Of a stretch of 64,000 bases of DNA, positions 54,816 to 64,000 are shown piece after piece. The DNA is taken from assembly GCF_009914755.1 (NCBI RefSeq), contig NC_060941.1; one strand, written 5' to 3'. The notes under the pieces were generated by a model. It was given only the letters and a program-made list of their open reading frames with translations. It did no database searches and had not been told where the DNA came from. The first letter of the stretch is position 1; every line of letters begins with the position of its first letter. The DNA is from the human T2T-CHM13v2.0 reference genome, Homo sapiens. The position numbers were made by a program, and so were the translations under genes.

Positions 54816-55254
54816 CTAAAATATTAAACCCATTCATTATTTGAGATTTCCTCCAAATATCTGCTAAAAGTTAAGATATTTTATCAGAGGAGTTCTATTA
54901 TGGGAACATGATCCAACAAACAAGCTTATAAGGCTTTTCATTCTTATTATTGATACTATACCTTTCTCCCTACACAAACTATTAAAATGTATATGGAGCT
55001 AAAACATTTACTTATGATCAGAGGAATATCTACCATGAAGCTTGTTGATTTTTTTTTAACTTACAAAAGTACAGGTTTTTTTTTTTGTTTTAAGGCAGGG
55101 TCTCACATTGTTGTCCAGGCGGGAGTACAGTGGTACAATCATAGCTCACTGTAACCTCGAGCTCATGGGCTCAAGTGATCCTCCTGAGCAGCTAGGACTA
55201 CAGGTATTAGCTAATTTTTAAAAAGTTTTTTTGTAGGCCGGGCGCGGTAGCTCA

Positions 55255-55671
<417 letters not shown>

Positions 55672-56280
55672 TCACCATGATTGGTTAAAACCATCTTTTT
55701 TCTCTGTAGAATATGTTCTATCAGACTTCCTCTCCTGTTGGAATGGCCATAGGCATGATCCTGTTAGATGGTTTCAGTGGGATGTGGATACTTTATTCTA
55801 CTAATTTTGTATTCTTTCTCTTAAAGAGGCCCTCAAAATTGTATAAGCTTTAGCCCCTATAAAATCTATATCTGCCCTGTTTATAAAATACAAATTTCTT
55901 TCTTTCAGACAGGGTCTCATTCTGTTGCCCAGGCTGGAGTGTAGTGGTGTGATCACGGCTCACTACAGCCTTGACCTCCCAGGCTCAAGCTATCCTCCCA
56001 CCTCAGCCTCCCAAGTACCTAGGACACAGGTGTATGCCACCACACCAAGCTAATTTTTAAAATGTTTTTGTAGGGATAGACTCTCACTATGTTGCCCAGA
56101 CCAGTCTGGACTTCCTGGGTTCAAGCGATCCTCCCACCTCAGCTTCCAAAGGTGCTAGAATTACAGGCATAAGCTACTATGCCTAGCCTAAGTTTCTTTC
56201 TTACAGTTCCTAAATTTTCTTTGGAATGTAAATCCCTTTGTCAAGTTGATCAACTTCTGAAATACTCCATTTCTTTATGA

Positions 56281-56586
<306 letters not shown>

Positions 56587-57085
56587 TAACCAGGATGGTC
56601 TCGATCTCCTGACCTCATGATCTGTCCGCCTCGGCCTCCCAAAGTGCTGGGATTACAGACGTGAGCCACTGCGCCTGGCCAAGATATATTTGTTAATGAA
56701 AAAGTTACTGTGTACAAGTGCAGTTTTAAGATCTGAAATATTTCAGATGTGACTATGAAGGAACAAAGACAAATTCTGTGTTCTACAAATATATTTAAAA
56801 CATAATGGGGCCAGGTGCAGTGGCTCACGCCTGTAATCCCAGCACTTTGGGAGGCCGAGGTGGGCGGATCACCTTAGGTCAGGAGTTCAACACCAGCCAA
56901 CATGGTGAAACCCTGTCTCTACTAAAAATACAAAAAAATAGCCAGCCTGGGGGGACACACCTGTAATCCTGGTTACTCAGGAGGCTGAGGCAGAAGGATT
57001 CCTTGAACCCAGGAGGTGGAGGTTGCAGTGAGCCAAGATTGCGCTACTGCACTCCAGCCCGAGCAACAGAGCGAGATTCCATCTC

Positions 57086-57087
<2 letters not shown>

Positions 57088-57128
<41 letters not shown>
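57088..57128 (+). repeat. (CAA)n microsatellite in an Alu tail (a similar tract lies at 49471-49504)
   Basis: Read directly. Confidence 0.95.
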
Positions 57129-57551
57129 ACCATAATGGGCCTATATTTTGTCTACTGAATTTACAATATTATCTTAACACAATATACTAGATCTTGACAG
57201 TCAGGCTAAAAAAAAATGAGGTGATATAAATTTAAGACATTTGGATCTAAAAATAGAGCTAAAAAAGGCTGCAAAAAACAAAAACCTGCCAAAAGTTATC
57301 TTGGGACTTTCTAACAATGAACAGAGTTTCAGTCCTATTGAAGAAAAAATCCAAAATGGAAAAAAAATATATACACATATCAGGCTAAGATCAAGAAAAA
57401 AATAAAAAGTAGGAAAAAATACTTAATTCACACACAAAAAAAGATTTTAATTTGGGGCCAAGCACAGTGGCTCATGCCTGTAATCCCAGCACTGTGGGAG
57501 GCCAAGGCAGGTGGATCACCTGAGGTCAGGAGTTCAAGACCAGCCTGGTCA

Positions 57552-57779
<228 letters not shown>

Positions 57780-58647
57780 TTAAGAGGCACAGGTACAGTT
57801 TTATTACATGGATATACTGCATAGTGGTGAAGTCTGGGCTTTGGGTGAATAGTGTACAGTGTACCCACTAAGTAATTTCTCATCTCCGTTCCCCCTCCCA
57901 CTCCCGCATCCTTCCACGTCTCCAGTGTCTATTATTCCACATTGTATGTTCAGTGTGTACACATTATTTAGCTTCCTCTTATAAAATGAGAACGTGCTAT
58001 TTGACTTTGTTTCTGTGGATGTACTTTTGATGAATTATTCTTACTAATTATTCAGAATTAAAGTTTATTCATTTTCTTGTAATAAACTAGTGGCAATAAA
58101 GGAATTAGCCTTTACCTTCTGCTTTAGGAGTGCAGATATTAGTAAGGAAATTCAAACACAGTATGCTCACAAGTTACAGTTCAATGATGCTGTAATAAAG
58201 TTAGAAAAGACTTCCAACCATCTCCTTACCTCCATGCTACAAATGGCTAGGAAAGTCATCATAATATCTGTCAAATAAACCATCCCTCCTGGGTAATAGA
58301 ATTATCAGCCAGGCATATCTAATCTATCCAAATTAAGATAGGAAGCAAAAACTCAAGAGATGTTTATAACATGAAAATAAGCTTCATACTACAACGCTCA
58401 ATTAGACAACCTCTCTTTAGAGGTTGACTTCAGACCATGCATAATATAGTGAGATGATGCTTAAGGGTTAAGGTAACTTCTTTCTGAATCTTTTGTGCAG
58501 AACCACTGGGACATGATCCTCCTGGAAACCATAATGAACTGGTATTAAACCCAAATAAAATCTGAACAAACTCTCCACTAGAATAGTCTTTAGCAGAAGT
58601 ACTAGGTACTTTGAGCTTTATAAGCATTTTTTTCTTTGCCCCCTTAC

Positions 58648-59169
58648 CTGGTGTGTGCTGAATGGTGGCCCTTCCTGCACAAATACTACTGAAGATGGAG
58701 ATGGATTATGATTTAGGTGCTCCTTCAGTTTGACATGAGCTTGCTGGATGGCTGCAGATTCCTGTATTGTGCTATTTTCAACAGGCTGAGCTGTGTGGAT
58801 GGTATAGATGTACTCAGGTGACTGTGGTAGAGAGCAGGCAACTGCTTGTTCTGTTCCAACCACAAAAGACATAATATCTGAGCCTACAGGAGTAAGTGGC
58901 TCCAGCTGGCTAGCCTGACTTGCAGAACATGGATTGCTGTTGTTAGAATTAGCTAAAATGTGTTGGCCTCTGTAAGACGGAGATGTTGGGCACTGATTCT
59001 CAACAGGCTCCACCTTTACCATCTCCAATTTAGGGGAGGAATGCAACTCATCAACTATCTGAAAGACAGCCTCTAGGTTTACTTCTGTCTTTGTATTTTC
59101 ATCAGTAGTACTGCAGGGCCAATTGGAAGGCAAAAATTCAACTGGATAGGAGGACTGCATTGAAGGATT
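58648..59169 (-). CDS. HSF5: HSF5 exon 4: NPSMQSSYPVEFLPSNWP...GPPFSTHQ (S/P/Q-rich region)
   Basis: TTTTTCTTTTCCCAG| acceptor and CAG|GTAAGG donor; 522 nt, phase 0-0; longest ORF in the window. Confidence 0.94.
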
Positions 59170-60477
59170 CTGGGAAAAGAAAAAATATAACTGTTTGGAT
59201 AGAAAATAAAATATGAGATTAAGGAGGAAAGCTACAATATTTAGGCTGATGAGTGCTAAACATAAATAGATTAAACTTAAAGATCACTAAGAAAACCTAG
59301 ACACTAATCTACTTTTCAGCAATAGTAGCTTCAAATCTACTGTTAGCATTTACTTAGTATATACTACATGTCAACCACTCTGCTAAGTTTAATACTCCAA
59401 TGGTCAATAATTCTTAAGGTTAAACTGTACAAAATCAAAAGCTATAGTACCCAAATACCTATTTGCTGATAAAGCATCTATACACCAAATTCTTCCATAA
59501 AGGCTGACAGACAGAAACATAATTTGTATCTATCATATACTGTTTCAGGAATGCAGTAAGGAAATTTCAAACACAGGATGCTCACAAGTCTACCAATCCT
59601 TCTACAGATTCAGGGAGCGGTACTAATATTCTGTTCCAAATAATATGGGGAAAAATGGATGGAATATCAAATGTCCTTTGTTTCCTGGGATTATTTATTT
59701 TTAATAACAAAGCAATAGACTAAAATGGCTGTTGCTTTTAGATTTACATCTTTAAGATATATTCCCTTGTATATACTGCTTTGCAGAGAGTAGGCATTTA
59801 ATACATGTTTGGTGATAAAGATCTGTGAACATAAAATACAGAAGAATGATTAAATAAAACATGTAATGAATTGATGTTGCACAATGAAGAGCTTCGCACA
59901 GAGTAGGCATTCAATAAATGTTTGCTGATTATATCAGATTATAAACTTAAAATACAGAAGAGTTATGATTAAAGAAAGTATGTAGTGAGTTGATGCTGCT
60001 AAACACAATCATTAACAAAGATTGTCAAAGATTTTCAGAAGGCCACTAATGCCAAATAATGTAAATTCAAATGGTATAAGCACTAAGTGACTATAGCCAA
60101 TAGCACATTTATTGAGTTATTACTATGTGCCAAGCACATGCAAAGTGCTTTATATAGATTTCATCCAACCTTCAAAAGAGCCCTGTGAAATGTGATAATC
60201 TCCATTTCAAATGATAAAACTGAGGTCCAGAAACTTCCTAATTTACCCAAAGTTACAATGAAATAACTGACAGAGCCAGGTTTCAAGCCTAGGTTTGCCG
60301 TATTCAAGAGCTCTTGCTCTTAAACAATACAATGTACTGACTGTGCACGCACACTCTCACCCATACCTACAGTCCAACTAAACCAACTGCATTTATTTTC
60401 AGGATGGAATCTGAAACACTTTCCCATTTTTCTATTTCAAAATTTTATGTGTGCTTATTGCTATTTTCCTATGATGA

Positions 60478-61190
<713 letters not shown>

Positions 61191-61742
61191 ATATTGTCTC
61201 TATAACAAGAAAAGGTCTTTATAAAAATGTTTTATTTAGCACACAACATAATCAAGATATAAACACTGCCATAGTATCTCCAGCATGATCCAGAGAAGAG
61301 AGTGCCTGGACCCACAAACAAGAGCATCTAACTGTGGGATAGGTATGTCCCTCCAGTGAAGATGAATGGGCTAGGATATCATGCTTGATCATATCAGCCA
61401 TGAAAAATGGCCAGCTAAGTCCCCTTGATCTCATTCTATACTCCAAACAACAATCTGATTATAATTTGACTTCCTATGTAGATTTTCTCCAAAAAAAAAA
61501 AAAGGGAATGTTCTTTTGAGTACCCTAATGCCACTAGTAAGATATTCTCCTAAGAACTGAGACTATCTTGAAACTATCTTGGCTAGATGATTATCCAAGG
61601 CAAACACACAATTCCAATCTTTGGCAGTTACAGCATAAAAATACAAAGCATGGAATTTAAAAGTATCCTTAAAATAGCTATATAAAACGTTTAACTCCAA
61701 GCAAGTGTCTCCTAAGAAACAATGAGAAGATATTTGAAGTAA

Positions 61743-62079
61743 AAGTTGAGCATCCTTAATCCAAAATTCTAAAATCTCAAATACTCCAAAACCTGAAACT
61801 TTTTGAGTGCTGGCATGATACCACAAGTGGAAAATTCCAGCAGAAAAGCACTTAACACAAACTTTGTTTCATGAACAAAGTTACTAAAAATATTGCATGA
61901 AATTACCTTTAAACTATATGCATAAGGTATATATGAAACATAATTAGATTTTATGTTTAGACTCGGGTCATATTCCCAAGATATCTCATTATGTTTTTGG
62001 AAATATTCCAAAATCTGAAAAAATCCAAAATCTGAAACACTCCTGGTCCCAAGCATTTTGACTAAGGGATACTGAACCA
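61743..62079. mobile_element. Tigger4/MER46-type DNA transposon
   Basis: Degenerate terminal inverted repeats AGTTGAGCATCCTTAATCC ... TAAGGGATACTGAACC. Confidence 0.75.
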
Positions 62080-62269
62080 TTATGGTGTTTACAACATAGG
62101 GGCTATGGATGAAGGGGGCCACCACTTAAATTTCTCATTTTTGACATTTTTCTCCTTTCTCCTTAAAAAGAAAAGTCTAATTTATCTGTATCATCTTGGA
62201 AGAATCTGTCATTTGGTGACTTACACACTTGTAGCGTTTATCTGGTATTCATTTTACCTTGGAAAAATC

Positions 62270-62560
62270 CAGAACAGCACTGTTTAAAATAACTTTCAGC
62301 AATGATGGGAATGTTCTAGATCTGTGCTGTATAATTCAGTACCCATAAGCCATATGAAACTACTGAGCACTCAAAATGTGTCTACGTTAAGTATGGAATA
62401 ATTTTTAAATCAATTTAATTTTAATTTTAATAACCATATGAGACTATTGAGTACTTGAAATGTGACTAGTATAACTGAGGAATTTTTAAATTTCATTTAA
62501 TTTTAATTAGCTTAAATAGCCACATGTGGCTAGTGGCTACTATATTGAACAGTTCTGGCC
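62270..62560. mobile_element. MER3/MER33-type hAT-Charlie element
   Basis: AACTTTCAGCAATGATGGGAATGTTCTA and AATAGCCACATGTGGCTAGTGGCTAC motifs. Confidence 0.7.
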
Positions 62561-62749
62561 TAGAAGAATTCTGAGATATTATTTATATCAATTCTCTCTT
62601 TTTTTTTTTAAGAATTGAGAAAACAAAGCCCATTAATCCACAGCTTACTTCTGGTTACTCATTAATATAAAATTACACTTTGAAATTTTGCAATATCGAT
62701 AAAATTGCACATAAAGCGCGGAGCATGGCCACAGTTGCAAGAATCTTAC

Positions 62750-62844
62750 CTGGAAGTAGTTGCAGTGTGCATAGGAAGAGGCAGTGGGAGTGACACAACT
62801 ACTTAGAGCATCCATGTGGGTAGGAGAACAGCACTGTAGCACAG
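62750..62844 (-). CDS. HSF5: HSF5 exon 3: VLQCCSPTHMDALSSCVTPTASSYAHCNYFQ
   Basis: TTTGTTCCAG| acceptor and CAG|GTAAGA donor; 95 nt, ends in phase 0, in frame with exon 4. Confidence 0.9.
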
Positions 62845-64000
62845 CTGGAACAAATTCAAACACAGAAAAGCCATCAACCACAATACATTTCTATAGCATT
62901 CAAGGAGCTCCCCTCTTTCAACATGGAAAGAAATCCAAATTTGAAGAACTTCTTTTGTATGTCTAACAAAATATTTAGTCCAATTAGGTGGTGTTATTTA
63001 TTGAAAACAACACACACAGTAACAAAATAATTTTAAAGGTCTTTAAAAGGGTCATGTCTAATGTCTATTTTTATAAATCATTTCTTTAACACCTAAGCAT
63101 TTTGTTACCTTTCTAACCAAACATATATTCTTATTGAAAGTAATTTCATTTTATTGAAAATAGAGGAATATATTGAAATTCCAAAATAAGTATTTCAATC
63201 ATTTCAACAGTAACAACTATTTGGAGGGTGGAGTGTTTTAAAAGAGTAAAATAACTATGAAGTATTCTCCAAATGTTCCACCATTAAACAATGCATCCAG
63301 TAGAAATGTACACAAAAATGTTTTAATAATTTAGGCAAGTGGTCAGGAATGCAGATCACAGAGCCAGACTGCCTGGTTTTGGAGCCCAGCTCCACCAGCC
63401 TGGCTTTACAGCCCAGTGTAAATTTGAGCATGGTTAATCTCTGTGTACCTCAGTTTCTGCATCCTATTAAAATAGAGATAATAACAGAATATAGAACCTA
63501 CCAAATATGGTGGTTGTTGTGATATAAATGAGCTAATATCCATAAAGAACTTAGAAGAGTACTGGTACACAGGAAGCAAACAGTAAGTGTTAGCTGCTAT
63601 TATTTTAACTGAAGAAACACATTTTCAAAACTTTCCCTTTATAGTCAGGACACTGTGAAAAGATTGAACTCTTGGTACTAGCAAAGTTACTTACAGATGC
63701 AGTCTTAATAATAGGTTGAGTCTGCTTTTTTGTAGAGACTCTCCAGTATAAGTGAGAATCAGTTATTAATATCACAACTGTGGTTTAAACAGAGGATGAT
63801 GTACATTGAACACCCACCCTATTCCAGGCACAGTAGTAAATGCTTTACATACATTGCCTTTACAAAACAAGTAAACTAAAGCTCAGTGATATTAAGTAAT
63901 TTGCCAAAAGTCACAAAGCTGGAAGTGACAGAGTCAGTAATTAAACTCCAAAGCACACGCTCTTTAATATACCACAATACAGCGAGGCATGGTGGCTCAC

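Noticed and set aside
62350-62520. Internal ~84-bp duplication in the MER3/MER33-type element
   Set aside because: These elements have internally repetitive consensus sequences, so a locus-specific event cannot be claimed.

Overview
AT-rich primate genomic DNA, almost certainly human (it carries an AluYa5 and an SVA fragment), recognisable as the RNF43-HSF5 locus (17q22). Both genes lie on the minus strand in tandem. RNF43 contributes part of intron 2 (1-11185), its first coding exon (11186-11822, ATG at 11437, GC-type donor) and a probable first exon/promoter (~12700-13700). HSF5 contributes its last four exons (62750-62844, 58648-59169, 54638-54815, 18220-18290) and a ~2.2 kb 3'UTR ending near an AATAAA at 16045-16050; all splice phases join into one open frame. 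The 36 kb last HSF5 intron is a stack of nested transposons: dozens of Alus, an apparently full-length old L1 with a 16-bp TSD, an SVA2-like element, an SVA 3' fragment, an MLT2>Tigger3>THE1 nest, L2/MIR and MER elements. Most ORFs in the supplied track are repeat-derived noise. I found no evidence of a new multi-gene system. The best leads are the RNF43 GC donor and uORF-rich leader, a readable CR1 reverse-transcriptase fossil, rare SVA-family fossils, reused insertion targets, template-switch scars and a direct repeat bracketing HSF5 exon 4. Repeat family names and exon numbers come from remembered consensus sequences and annotation, not database searches; repeat boundaries are approximate.
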